A stretch of 64,000 bases of DNA from an uncultured Nitrospina sp. (GCA_964510965.1 CAZECX010000002.1:21011-85010), one strand, 5' to 3'; shown: positions 18,792 to 29,357, counted from the stretch's first letter. Notes: a model not told the origin generated them from the letters alone. A program made the numbers and translations.

Positions 18792-19373
18792 GTTATCTTA
18801 ATCTTCTATATTTCACATCCGACATTGCTTGCCGGGTGGATGTGATTGGGGTTAAAATTGGATACTAGCATAATGTAGCGTGCTTTTAATATGATGCAAT
18901 TAATTTTCGATTAACCACTTCCTTTACTTAAATTTATACTTGGTATAAAATTGAATTACCCATAGTCAGGGCAAAGCTCAACCCAAATTTTCCCAGAAAA
19001 AATTCTCCAAGTCCCCAATGCTACGAAAATTCCAAAACTTGTTCACCCTTTACAAAATTATCAAATCTCGAGGAAACCGGAAACTAATCCATCATTCCCG
19101 TAAGCAATTGGTGGATTTTATTTTTTGCAAAAATGATTTAAACCGAAAGTCCTTTATTCAGGCCATGATCTATTGGTTTAATATGTTAAAAGGATTAGAC
19201 GTTATTGTATGGAGGCTAGAGACTTTTGGCTTTATATATAGCCCCATCCTGAGTGATGAAGAGAAAATAAAATTGAATCAGTATATTTAAGCCCAACGAA
19301 TAATACTTTCCTCTACCTAAAGAAACTCTTATAAAAATTACGCCAAAGATCGTCCCTTTGATTCAACAATACA

Positions 19374-20849
19374 TTGAACACAATACTTAACAACAAGACT
19401 TTTCAAATTTACTTCCTTGTTTTCCTGTCTCTCTTAATTTTCCTTGGGCGACAATTAGATACGGGTATTACAAATTTTGATGACGCCTTTTATGCTCAGA
19501 AGGCCAAAGAAATTTATGAATCCGGAAACCTGTGGATCATTACCCTTGACGGCCAGCCTGCTTTTGAAAATCCTCCCCTTCCATTCTGGCTAATGGCTTT
19601 GGCATACAGCATATTTGGAGTCTCAAGTTTTTCAGCCATTTTTCCTTCCGCTCTATTTGGTACAGGGATTGTCGTTTTGACTTATCGATTAGCTGACTAT
19701 TTATACAAGGACTCCTGGATTGCTTTTGTTTCAGCCCTGGTTTTAATTTTTCCTGGTATTTTTATTGATTCTTCCCGAAGGGCAATGGTCGACATCCCTC
19801 TTGCATTTTTTGTTACTTTTGCAATATTCGCATTCCTTAAGGCAAAATTCCATAAGCCCTGGTATCTGTTTTTTGGGCTTGCTACCGCCGGAGGAATCTT
19901 ATCAAAAAGCGTTTTGGGTATCTTTCCCTTGGCCATAGTTTTTTTCTATTTAGTTTTAAATCGCCAATGGAAGGAGATGGTCAATCCCTTCTTACTTATA
20001 GGAATCCTGATTTCCTTAGGCTTTGGGTTCAGTTGGCATTTAATAAATTGGATGGAATTTGGTCAGAGCTTTATTAATTCACACTTCGGGGTTTTGATTT
20101 TTAATCGTGGCTTCGGAGAAAATATCCATCCCTATAATTTTTTGGGTTACTCAGAGGATTTCTTACGAAATTATTGGCCCTGGTTACCTTTTGCATTGAT
20201 TGGATTATTTAAATTTGCAAAACAGGGGTTCGCTGAAAAAGACGAGAACTCATTATTACTTTTTCTTTGGCCCACATTAGTATTTTTAGTAATGAGTACA
20301 AGTAAAAATCATACCATCCGATATGTTATTATGATTTTCCCTGCACTGTCTATCATTGTCGCAAAAACTTTTTCTGATTGGATGGGTCCTTTCTGGAAAG
20401 AAAAGGTGGTGCAAGGATTGGCCGTAGTAGCTTGCCTGACAACATTGTTTGTAAATTCCACCCCATTCCAAGCCAAAGTAACTTTAAGCGAAAGCAGTAA
20501 AGAAATTCGTCATTTAGCTTCCCTAATAAAACTCAACGTTCCTGAAAAAGAAAGGATCGGCAATTTTAAACTTTCTCATTGGAACCCTAAGCATGCCATG
20601 CTGTTTTATGCAGACAGAAACCTGGAAAACTCCGTTACCCAAAGGGAGGAGCTAATTAAGCAATTACACGAAAACCCTAAAAAAATGTGGCTATCAAATT
20701 CAGATGAATTCAAATCCTTAAATTTTGATTTTCCTGGAAGATTTTATTTGATAATGAGCAACTCAAAATATGCCTTTTTTACTTCATCTCAAAATAGAGA
20801 ATTTGTTAAGTACAATTTTTCTGGGATGAATGTACCCAACGTTAAATAA
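19374..20849 (+). CDS. GT-C fold glycosyltransferase, ArnT/PMT_2 (GT39/GT83-like) family, paralog 1
   Basis: About 12 hydrophobic segments. First-loop motif NFDDAFYAQKAKEIYESGNLWIITLDGQP...NPPLPFWL is typical of ArnT-like enzymes. TTG start, no earlier ATG. Confidence 0.75.
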   Translation: MNTILNNKTFQIYFLVFLSLLIFLGRQLDTGITNFDDAFYAQKAKEIYESGNLWIITLDGQPAFENPPLPFWLMALAYSIFGVSSFSAIFPSALFGTGIVVLTYRLADYLYKDSWIAFVSALVLIFPGIFIDSSRRAMVDIPLAFFVTFAIFAFLKAKFHKPWYLFFGLATAGGILSKSVLGIFPLAIVFFYLVLNRQWKEMVNPFLLIGILISLGFGFSWHLINWMEFGQSFINSHFGVLIFNRGFGENIHPYNFLGYSEDFLRNYWPWLPFALIGLFKFAKQGFAEKDENSLLLFLWPTLVFLVMSTSKNHTIRYVIMIFPALSIIVAKTFSDWMGPFWKEKVVQGLAVVACLTTLFVNSTPFQAKVTLSESSKEIRHLASLIKLNVPEKERIGNFKLSHWNPKHAMLFYADRNLENSVTQREELIKQLHENPKKMWLSNSDEFKSLNFDFPGRFYLIMSNSKYAFFTSSQNREFVKYNFSGMNVPNVK

Positions 20850-20853
20850 CCCT

Positions 20854-22614
20854 CTATTTATTGCTCATAAAATATAAGGTTTCTGTAGAATTTAATTTTT
20901 TTCTAATTTTTTCAATAATTAATAAACTTTTAATTTCTTTAGAGTTGACCTTGGTTTTAACCCCAATTTCGTCCGTCATTAAAATTTTCATTTCAGAATT
21001 TGAAAAATTATTTTCCCAATCTGATTTTTTAACAACAAGATATGTTTTTTGATTCTTTCTCAAAAATTTGTCAAATTCGTGGGTAGAGTGCAACGTAACT
21101 ACTGTTCTTCCTGTCAAAACTCCTAAACGAGCCCTATGACTTCCCAGCTTATAAATTGCGATGGGGCCCCTAATTTTTTCCTGGATAATATGATCTGCAA
21201 ATTTTTTCATTGGATACCGATTGACAAAAGGCAGCACATCTCCACTTAAAGAAGAAAAAGTTAAAGTCAATACAAGAGCCATGGGAAGCACCATCTTCCC
21301 GGGAGATTTTAATCGGGCCCACCAAATTATAATTAAAGCACCAACAAAAAGGATTAAAGGGAAAATAAAAACCGCTGATGGACTGGATCCATGAATAAAT
21401 ATTCCTAAGCTTGTGATAATCGAAAAAAAGAGAAATATTAATACTGTGCTAATAACGGAGAAATTAAATCCAAAATAATTTAATTCCAAGGAGTTCTCTT
21501 CTGCCTCTGCAAACATCTTAGCCGTTAAAATTGCAACCGCCGAGCAACAGGGAAGCATATATCGGCTATGCTCAACCCTCAGGAGGGTAAACAGAACTAA
21601 ACAAACCACAATCCATATATAGCAAAAAGCTATGGATTCATTTCTTTCATCAAAAAGAAGCCTTACATGCTTTACTATATTTCTTCCCAATCCTTTTATT
21701 CGTTCCGCAAAGCCTGTGCCCTCCCCGTTTGCAAACCCCAAAAACCCAAACTGTTTCAATGCTGCAAAAACAAAAAATAGTGACCAGGGAAGCTGATATC
21801 GAAATAGAACACCAAAATAGTAAAAACTGAACGGTGTGTCGTGAACCAATCTTTTTTTTATCTCGTTACCCACAATATGATTTTTAAATTCCTCGCCATG
21901 CATCCAGAACATAGCTACAAACCAGGGTAGAATTATTATTGATAGAATGATCAGTCCCGTTCCCATGCGCAAATCTGCAAACCAGCTTCTTCTTTTGGTT
22001 ACAATTACAAACCCTAAAATGGTTAAACCTGGGATTAGAATTGCAGGGGGACCCTTTACCATAAATCCCAGACCCATTGATATATAGATAAGATATGCAT
22101 AAATATTTTTCTGGAAATTCGTTTTATACAAAACCACAAAACAATACAAAGAAAGAAGAACAAAAAAACTTAATGCCATATCAGTCGTTGACCATCGTGA
22201 GATCTGGAAATGCAGGTAAATAGAAGGCAGTATGAATGCACTGAATAATCCCACCCGGCTATCAAACAACCGACATGCCAGCAAAAAAATCAGACCAATA
22301 CTTAAAGTTCCAAATAAAACTGAAGGTAAACGCGCTGAGGATAGGCTAATACCAAATAATTTATAGGAGCTTGCAACCATCCAGTAATATAAAATGGGTT
22401 TTGCAAAACGCTTTTTCTCATGATAGACAGGAGTGATATAGTCTCCCGATTCCACCATACGAAGTGAGGATTCGACATAAAAATTTTCATCTGCATGATA
22501 AGGTGGCACTTGCCCTAGATTATATATGAGGACAAAAAAACAAAAGACCATCCATAGGCATACTGTTAGTTTTTCAACGGGCTTAACTGAAGAAATTTCT
22601 GGAGGGTTGATCAT
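20854..22614 (-). CDS. GT-C fold glycosyltransferase, ArnT/PMT_2 family, paralog 2
   Basis: YHADENFYVESSLRMVESGDYITPVYHEKKRFAKPILYYW plus many TM helices. Tail-to-tail with paralog 1, 4 nt apart. Confidence 0.8.
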   Translation of the reverse strand: MINPPEISSVKPVEKLTVCLWMVFCFFVLIYNLGQVPPYHADENFYVESSLRMVESGDYITPVYHEKKRFAKPILYYWMVASSYKLFGISLSSARLPSVLFGTLSIGLIFLLACRLFDSRVGLFSAFILPSIYLHFQISRWSTTDMALSFFVLLSLYCFVVLYKTNFQKNIYAYLIYISMGLGFMVKGPPAILIPGLTILGFVIVTKRRSWFADLRMGTGLIILSIIILPWFVAMFWMHGEEFKNHIVGNEIKKRLVHDTPFSFYYFGVLFRYQLPWSLFFVFAALKQFGFLGFANGEGTGFAERIKGLGRNIVKHVRLLFDERNESIAFCYIWIVVCLVLFTLLRVEHSRYMLPCCSAVAILTAKMFAEAEENSLELNYFGFNFSVISTVLIFLFFSIITSLGIFIHGSSPSAVFIFPLILFVGALIIIWWARLKSPGKMVLPMALVLTLTFSSLSGDVLPFVNRYPMKKFADHIIQEKIRGPIAIYKLGSHRARLGVLTGRTVVTLHSTHEFDKFLRKNQKTYLVVKKSDWENNFSNSEMKILMTDEIGVKTKVNSKEIKSLLIIEKIRKKLNSTETLYFMSNK

Positions 22615-22630
22615 GAGGACTAGAATTAAA

Positions 22631-22737
22631 ATACACTTAAGCTTTTACTTAAGATAAAATGAGCAAATCTTACTAATATTATACACTTAAACCTAATTTT
22701 ACTTTTAAAATTAGATTAGGAAATACCAAAATTTTAC
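22631..22737. repeat. Repeated motifs in the divergent GT-C promoter region
   Basis: ATACACTTAA occurs at 22631 and again exactly 50 bp later at 22681. Each copy is followed by TTTTACTT, with a third TTTTACT at 22731. Perfect 9-bp inverted repeat CTAATTTTA-cttt-TAAAATTAG at 22693-22714. Confidence 0.5.
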
Positions 22738-22768
22738 TCATCAATAATTATTTCACTGGAGTTTTTCA

Positions 22769-25156
22769 TTGCCTGAATCAACCCAAGACAATCTTACCTC
22801 GAATAAATACTCCAGCCTAAATAATCCCAAAATTGGTTCGCACCATTTTTTTTTATTGGCTATTATCCTTTGGGTTTTTGGGGGGAACTTAATATGGATT
22901 CTTCTCGACATACGCCCCCCTTCATATGACCAAGGGCTTCACCTGTTCAGAACATTTAATTATTGGGAAGCAATTAGCTCTGGTTCGGAAGACTGGTGGC
23001 AAGATGTTCTGAATGTGGAACCCTTTTATCCGCCCTTTTATCATTTATCTTTAATTCCCTTTTCTTTAATCTTTGGCTTCACGCTGGATACCGGGATTAT
23101 TGGAAATTCCTTTTATATGGTAATTTTGGTTCTCTCCACTTATGGGATAGGAAAGGTTTTATATTCGAAAAATGTTGGATTGATCTCGGCATTTCTGGTC
23201 TCCTGCTATCCAATAATAGTCAGCATGTCTAGAGAATATATTATCAGCGTCATGCTAACCTCCATGACCACCCTAGCCTATTACCTTTTTCTTAAATCAG
23301 AAAATTTTGAGAACCAGAAATACTCATTATTGTTCAGTCTCATTTATGCTTCAGGACTGATGGTCAAATGGACTTTTTTCATTTATACGCTACCTGCCAT
23401 ACTGGTGGGATTGTGGGGCGAAAAGTTAGATATCAAGGATAGGATCATTCAATTTACTTATTATTTTGGCATGATTTCTACGCTGTTGATTGTTCCATTT
23501 TTTATATTCATTTTAGGTGCCCAAAGGTGGATTCCAATAGCCCTAGAATTTATTTTGATCTGGACTTTAGTAAAAAGTTTTCCTAATGCATCCCTTTCTC
23601 CACAAAAATTTATAAACCTAATTTCTCTTACCTGCATATCAGTTTTAATTTGCTTCCCATGGTATGCCCACAACCTGATTAATATTTTAATTGGGATGTC
23701 CAAGTTTGCCTTTCCTGGTGTCGTTCTAAAAGGACATATGGGCTGGGATCTTCCTATTTGGGGATACTACATTGAGACAATATCCAGACAAATGGGATAT
23801 CCCTTAGTGAGTATATTTGCTATCACTTTTCTTTTTTATATTTTCAAAAAGGACTATTTCAATTGGACCTTATTCGGTTGGGCCATATTACCCATCATTG
23901 CATTCACCTTTGTAGATAATAAAGGCGCGAGGTATACAATGCCCACCCTACCTGCAATGGCTATGATCACTGCAGTAGTTTTAACGCAAGTAAAAAACTT
24001 ATCGCTGCGAAAATTTTATTACGGGATCACCGCAGTAATAGCTCTTGTGACAATCTTATATACAGGATTTTTCACAAAACCCACATTTCTTCCCTATTTG
24101 GGAAAAGCGAATTTACCCATTACCAAGCCCTGGCCGATTAATTTGATTCTTGATGATATTATTAAAGAAAAAAAACCGGAAAAGGATAAATATCTATCTG
24201 TTCGTACCCTGGCAAACTTTGGAAATTTTCAAAGAGGAGCCTTTAGAGATTTTGCGGCCTTTAGAGATTTGCCAATTGCTATGAAGGGTGTCAAAAGAAA
24301 TGTAGGAGAAATGACAGATTTTTTTATCACTAAATCTGGGGATTTCAGCAGGCAATCTGCCAATGCCATCAATGCACGAAAAACTCTTCTAAATGATCCT
24401 GCGCTAACCAAAACTTTTAAACTTTTTCGCAGCTATCCTCTTCCTGATGGAACAAACGGGTTATTATATAAATTCGATATGGAACCCGCTAGCGACATTC
24501 CAAGAATTACAGACTTAGATTTTATTGGAAAGAGTTTAATAGAGGCCTTCGCCAATTATCCTATTTATGGCATTAAAAACGGAGTCAATATTACCGCCAC
24601 AATTACCCCAACCAATAATCCTCAGGACTTGTATTATGGTAGGTATAAATCAATTCAAATTAAAGCTGACTCGGCGGTCAGTAATAAAATTAAAATTGAA
24701 GATTTTGAGGTACTCTTTGAGAATGTTCAAATCAATATTTATGACCTGCTTTTGAATGGGAAATTCATACTTTTTAATCTGGAGAAACTGACTCCTCGCG
24801 GAACCATTCATTTTGATGATCTTGAAAAATCTGCAGCTAAAGCCATGAAAGGTAAAGGTGAGGTTCAAGTGACTGGATCAAATAACTCCCTTACCATTCA
24901 TGCGAAATATGCCCTGTCGCCAGATCAAATTTTGGAAGGGGAGACCAAGATTAACTTGTTTACGATTCCGGGTAAAAAAATCTGGCCTGTTTTTGAATAC
25001 CTCAAATTAGGCCCCCTTGATATTCCAACACTTTTTATCCAGCGAATAACAAATGCAAAAATAAACCTTGATCCTACACCCGGTTGGCCATTGAAAACTA
25101 AAATAAAATCCCTAAGAATTTCTCCCAGAAAATTTGAAATCAATCCAGGCATTTAA
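22769..25156 (+). CDS. GT-C fold glycosyltransferase, ArnT/PMT_2 family, paralog 3, with ~300-aa C-terminal soluble extension
   Basis: Polytopic N-terminal ~480 aa (PPSYDQGLHLFRTF loop, many TM helices), then a hydrophilic beta-rich C-terminal region. TTG start. Confidence 0.7.
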   Translation: MPESTQDNLTSNKYSSLNNPKIGSHHFFLLAIILWVFGGNLIWILLDIRPPSYDQGLHLFRTFNYWEAISSGSEDWWQDVLNVEPFYPPFYHLSLIPFSLIFGFTLDTGIIGNSFYMVILVLSTYGIGKVLYSKNVGLISAFLVSCYPIIVSMSREYIISVMLTSMTTLAYYLFLKSENFENQKYSLLFSLIYASGLMVKWTFFIYTLPAILVGLWGEKLDIKDRIIQFTYYFGMISTLLIVPFFIFILGAQRWIPIALEFILIWTLVKSFPNASLSPQKFINLISLTCISVLICFPWYAHNLINILIGMSKFAFPGVVLKGHMGWDLPIWGYYIETISRQMGYPLVSIFAITFLFYIFKKDYFNWTLFGWAILPIIAFTFVDNKGARYTMPTLPAMAMITAVVLTQVKNLSLRKFYYGITAVIALVTILYTGFFTKPTFLPYLGKANLPITKPWPINLILDDIIKEKKPEKDKYLSVRTLANFGNFQRGAFRDFAAFRDLPIAMKGVKRNVGEMTDFFITKSGDFSRQSANAINARKTLLNDPALTKTFKLFRSYPLPDGTNGLLYKFDMEPASDIPRITDLDFIGKSLIEAFANYPIYGIKNGVNITATITPTNNPQDLYYGRYKSIQIKADSAVSNKIKIEDFEVLFENVQINIYDLLLNGKFILFNLEKLTPRGTIHFDDLEKSAAKAMKGKGEVQVTGSNNSLTIHAKYALSPDQILEGETKINLFTIPGKKIWPVFEYLKLGPLDIPTLFIQRITNAKINLDPTPGWPLKTKIKSLRISPRKFEINPGI

Positions 25157-25162
25157 AAAATT

Positions 25163-26299
25163 GTGAAAATTTGTATTTTATGCTTTGATCTTTCCAACAA
25201 TTCGCTAGGCAGAGCAGGACTATTGGCAATGGCTCTTACCTCACGATACGAGGTAGAAATTATTGGTCCTTCCAGATCCGGCGACATCTGGCTTCCTATG
25301 AAAGACATTGGAATTCCCATTCGTTCCTATCCCTGGAAAAGATATCCTTTCTTTGTTTCAACTATTCGGGAAATGATTAAATATATTGATGCCGATATAT
25401 TGATCGCATGCAAACTTCGACCTACAAGTTTTGGAATCGCCTTGCTAAGAAAATGGACTTCAAATATCCCGATAATCTTGGATATTGATGATTGGGAACT
25501 GGGATTTTTCTATCATTCAGGGTTTTGGGGTAAGGTCGGTCGCTTCCTAAATTTTTCTAACCCCAATGGACTACCTTATACCTGGCTTATGGAGCGTTGT
25601 GCAGGTTATGCAGATTCAACGGTTGTTAGTAACCGTTTTCTCAAAAATAAATTTTCAGGTCCCTTGATTTATCATTGCCGGGATACATCTCAACTAGATC
25701 CCGAAAATTTCGACACAAATAGCATTAAAGAAAAACTCGGACTGAAAGGTAAGCGCATTGTCATGTTTCTGGGAACACCAAGACCTCACAAAGGAACGGG
25801 TGAACTATTTGTAGCGATGGAAAAAATCAGTGACCCCGATGTTAGACTGGTATTTATTGGGGCCGATTCTTCCGTCCAACCCCAAATAGATAAAATGAAA
25901 ACCAACCAGGAAAAAGTGATAGTTTTCCCTAAAATTCCTTTCAAAGAATTACCAGATCATCTTTCTGCAGCTGATATTCTCGTCATTCCTCAGAGAGATA
26001 CGACAGACACACAAGGGCAGATCCCAGCGAAACTATTTGATGCGATGGCGATGGCCAAACCCATTATTACCACTCCCATTTCAGACATCCCGGAAGTTTT
26101 GGGGGGGTATGGATATCTAATTGAACCTGGAAACCCTGAGCAACTTGCAAAAACCATCGAATATATTTTCGCTAATCCTGAAGAGGCCAAACTGAAAGGT
26201 CAAAATGCAAGAAAACGTTGCAAGGAACTTTATGACCTGAAAGTTATAGAAAAAGAACTTACTTTACAAATTGAAAAACTAACTACAACTCAAACTTGA
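25163..26299 (+). CDS. Glycosyltransferase family 4 (GT-B, Glycos_transf_1)
   Basis: C-terminal donor-binding region GTPRPHKG...ILVIPQRD...IPAKLFDAMAMAKPIITT. GTG start 6 nt after the previous stop. Confidence 0.8.
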   Translation: MKICILCFDLSNNSLGRAGLLAMALTSRYEVEIIGPSRSGDIWLPMKDIGIPIRSYPWKRYPFFVSTIREMIKYIDADILIACKLRPTSFGIALLRKWTSNIPIILDIDDWELGFFYHSGFWGKVGRFLNFSNPNGLPYTWLMERCAGYADSTVVSNRFLKNKFSGPLIYHCRDTSQLDPENFDTNSIKEKLGLKGKRIVMFLGTPRPHKGTGELFVAMEKISDPDVRLVFIGADSSVQPQIDKMKTNQEKVIVFPKIPFKELPDHLSAADILVIPQRDTTDTQGQIPAKLFDAMAMAKPIITTPISDIPEVLGGYGYLIEPGNPEQLAKTIEYIFANPEEAKLKGQNARKRCKELYDLKVIEKELTLQIEKLTTTQT

Positions 26300-26314
26300 T
26301 TCAGAGACTGGATT

Positions 26315-27373
26315 TTGGAATTCCAAATTAAAGACCATATCAAACCGGACGCAAGAATCCTTTTGATTAAACTCAGATCCATTGGCGACGTGGTCTATAA
26401 CACAGCAGTTTACGGTCCTATAAAAAGGCATCTCCCAAATGCCCATCTCACCGTGCTGGTAGAAGAGGCATCCTATGATATTGTTAAAAACCATCCCGAT
26501 ATTGATGAAGTCCTCTGCTTTAGAAAAACTTCTTTTCTAGAACAGGTTAAATTTTATACAAACCTGATTTCGACTCGATACGATGTTGCAATTGATATGC
26601 ATGAAGGAACCCGAGGTGCTGTTATGTGCTTTCTTTCCTTCGCACGGTTTAAGGTTGGAGGAAAATTTGCAAGACGTTCGTTTCTATATAATACAAAAAT
26701 AAATTTTTCCGATTTAAAGCCCGCACTTCCCATCGACTACCAGGTGGCATTGATAAGCAAACTGGGGGTGCCTATTGAAAATCCCCGGCCAATAATTCAT
26801 GTCAGTGATGCGTGGCACAAAAATGCGCGTGATTTGTTAATCTCAAAAAACTTTAATCCCGAAAAACCGTATTGCATTATCCACCCGGGAGCTCGAAAAT
26901 ATGACCAATGGCAATTTGAAAAATTCGCGGAGATTTCGGAATATTTTTTTTCTCGCTTCAATTTAGGTATTATTTTGACTTGTGGGCCAGGGCAGTTTGA
27001 TCAGGTGGAAAGATTAACGCAATGCTTGTCAAAAGAGATTCCATATACTTTTATATCCACAGAACTTTCAATACTACTTGGAATCACCGCTTCCGCAAAA
27101 TTCGTAGTGTGTCATAATGGAGGTTATATGCATGCCGCCTCTGCTATCGGAGTTCCGGTTGCGGCTTTATTTGGGCTAACAGATTATAGAATCTGGAAAC
27201 CTCTCGGAGAAAAAAGTGTCGTACTGCATAAAGATATAGATTGTTGGCCTTGCACTTCAAAAACTATGAAACAGGTTTGTTGGGATGGTAAACCCGAATG
27301 CAAGGAATTGATTTCTCCTCAGGATGTAATAAATAGTATTAAAAAGCTTTGCCCTGAATTTTCCCATAAATAA
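26315..27373 (+). CDS. Glycosyltransferase family 9 (LPS heptosyltransferase-like)
   Basis: ILLIKLRSIGDVVYNTAVYGPIKRHLPNAHLTVLVEE is the hallmark GT9 N-terminus. C-terminal HNGGYMHAASAIGVPVAALFG. The TTG start is uncertain. Confidence 0.8.
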   Translation: MEFQIKDHIKPDARILLIKLRSIGDVVYNTAVYGPIKRHLPNAHLTVLVEEASYDIVKNHPDIDEVLCFRKTSFLEQVKFYTNLISTRYDVAIDMHEGTRGAVMCFLSFARFKVGGKFARRSFLYNTKINFSDLKPALPIDYQVALISKLGVPIENPRPIIHVSDAWHKNARDLLISKNFNPEKPYCIIHPGARKYDQWQFEKFAEISEYFFSRFNLGIILTCGPGQFDQVERLTQCLSKEIPYTFISTELSILLGITASAKFVVCHNGGYMHAASAIGVPVAALFGLTDYRIWKPLGEKSVVLHKDIDCWPCTSKTMKQVCWDGKPECKELISPQDVINSIKKLCPEFSHK

Positions 27374-27386
27374 TGGAGTATTGATT

Positions 27387-28082
27387 GTGGAAGAAAAAGA
27401 AGGAACCTCACCTTCAAAGCCTGAAGTGGAATTCGAGAAACCTGATCGCGACATACGAATTCTTGCCGATTTTTATTCCAAACACCATCTCGGTGGAAAC
27501 CGGAGAAATCAGTCGGTAGCAGAAGAAAAACGTTCGCAGCTATTTAAGAAATGGATGGGGGAAAATAAAAAGGTTTTGGACATGGGTTGTCGGGACGGCA
27601 TATTAACCCGTCATTTCACTGAACAAAATGAAGTTACAGGCTTGGATATCGACAAACTTGCCTTAGAGGCTTGCAGAAAAAATTTAAATATAGAAACAAA
27701 ATGGGCTGACTTCAGTCTTCAAATTCCGCTACCCACATCATCGTTTGATGTTGTGGTGGCCGGGGAAGTATTAGAACACCTCCCCTACCCTGAAATTACT
27801 GTTTCAGAAGTATCACGAATTTTAAAACCAGATGGATTATTCATTGGTTCTGTCCCCAATTCCTATCACCTGAAAAACAGGTTGCGGGTACTAAAAGGTC
27901 GGCTAATAGATTACGATCAAACTCATTTGCGGGCCTATAATGTTATGTTGTTAAGGCAATACCTTGAAAAAGAATTTGTGATAGAACAGCTAACCAGTTG
28001 CCGCGGGAAATCGGCTTTCCTATCTATCGCATGGTTTGGTAGAGATCTGGTTTGGAAATGCAAAAAAAAAGATAGCTCCTGA
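27387..28082 (+). CDS. Class I SAM-dependent methyltransferase
   Basis: VLDMGCRDGILT (motif I), VVAGEVLEHLPYPE, LKPDGLFIGSVPN. GGAG at 27375-27378 favours the GTG at 27387 over the track TTG at 27381. Confidence 0.8.
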   Translation: MEEKEGTSPSKPEVEFEKPDRDIRILADFYSKHHLGGNRRNQSVAEEKRSQLFKKWMGENKKVLDMGCRDGILTRHFTEQNEVTGLDIDKLALEACRKNLNIETKWADFSLQIPLPTSSFDVVVAGEVLEHLPYPEITVSEVSRILKPDGLFIGSVPNSYHLKNRLRVLKGRLIDYDQTHLRAYNVMLLRQYLEKEFVIEQLTSCRGKSAFLSIAWFGRDLVWKCKKKDSS

Positions 28083-28213
28083 AATTCTAATACCACTCAA
28101 AAAAAGTTTTGCAGAGTGGCTAGCTTTACCAGCATCGACAACACTGTGCGTGTTATGCTAAATTAGCCATTGGCTGCAAGCAACATCCTTTCACAATATA
28201 TTAAGGTTTCTTC

Positions 28214-29326
28214 TTGAAATCTCTTCATATTCTTCACTCCGAATCGGCTTCGGGTTGGGGCGGACAAGAAATCAGAGTATTCCAAGAAAGCGAATTACTA
28301 CTGGAACGAGGCCATCGAGTCTCATTGGTTTGCCAACCAGAAAGCTTTTTATGGAACAAATGTAAGACCGTCAACTCCTCTAATTTCACTTTCTATCCCC
28401 TGCTAATGAAAAATCCAGCAAATCCGTTTTCGCTTGCCTCAGTTTTGAACATCTTTAAGAAAGCTAAACCGGACATTATTCATACCCATAGTTCAATCGA
28501 CAGTTGGCTTGTGGGATCAGCCGCCAAATTTTCAGGGTTCCCTGTTATCCGCAGCCGTCATATTTCGATTCCCATTAAAAGTCTATTCCCAAATAATTGG
28601 TTGTATTCCCGAATCCCCAGTAAAATTATTACCAGTGGTGACGCCATTTCTGAAATTGTAAAATCAGTTTCTGGTGTTAAGCCCGAAAATGTTAAATCAA
28701 TTTCCGCGGGGGTCGATTTTAGACGATTCGACTTTAAAACAAACGGCCAGAAAATTAGAGAGGAACTTGGAGTTAAACCCGGTCAAACTCTGATCGGGAA
28801 AATCGGAGTCATCCGTGGATGGAAAGGTTATGACTATTTATTAGAAGCTGCACCCATTATTCTGAAAAAGTATCCCGAAACCAGGTTCGTATTTGTAGGA
28901 AGGGGACCCGGCTTTGAACAAACTCAATCCATTGCCAAATCTCTTGGTCTTGAAAATGTTCTTACCCTTATGGGACACCGGGAAGATATCCCGGAAATAA
29001 TGGCAGGACTGGATATTCAAGTTTTAGCATCCTTCACCGGAGAAGGAACTCCCCAAGTCATCCCACAGGCATTCGCAATGAAAACTCCTCTCGTTGCAAC
29101 CCGTGTTGGTTCCGTCCCTGAATTGCTGGGACAGGGGGAAAGAGGCGTTTTAGTAGAACCTAAAAATTCGATCGATCTTGCACAAGGAATAATAAAATTA
29201 ATTGAGAACCCGGATATTAAAATTGAAAATGCAGAGAAAGGTTACGAATTTTGCAAAAGCGAATTAGGCATTGACCGAATGATAAATGAAACGATTTCTA
29301 TTTATGAAGAAGCACTTGACGATTAA
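28214..29326 (+). CDS. Glycosyltransferase family 4
   Basis: MKSLHILHSESASGWGGQE N-terminus, HTHSS, and C-terminal EGTPQVIPQAFAMKTPLVATRVG. TTG start. Confidence 0.8.
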   Translation: MKSLHILHSESASGWGGQEIRVFQESELLLERGHRVSLVCQPESFLWNKCKTVNSSNFTFYPLLMKNPANPFSLASVLNIFKKAKPDIIHTHSSIDSWLVGSAAKFSGFPVIRSRHISIPIKSLFPNNWLYSRIPSKIITSGDAISEIVKSVSGVKPENVKSISAGVDFRRFDFKTNGQKIREELGVKPGQTLIGKIGVIRGWKGYDYLLEAAPIILKKYPETRFVFVGRGPGFEQTQSIAKSLGLENVLTLMGHREDIPEIMAGLDIQVLASFTGEGTPQVIPQAFAMKTPLVATRVGSVPELLGQGERGVLVEPKNSIDLAQGIIKLIENPDIKIENAEKGYEFCKSELGIDRMINETISIYEEALDD

Positions 29327-29357
29327 TTTTAGTTAGAATGTTATTCAAGCAGGTGAT

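Noticed and set aside
19018-19290. 90-aa plus-strand ORF in the 600-bp gap upstream of the first GT-C gene
   Set aside because: It has no RBS or recognisable domain, and its AT-rich, Lys/Ile/Phe-heavy composition is typical of random ORFs. I also found no RNA-gene signature in this gap.
26811-26825. Sigma-54-like TGGCAC-N5-TGC
   Set aside because: The GG-to-GC spacing is one nt short of the consensus, and the site lies inside the GT9 coding region.
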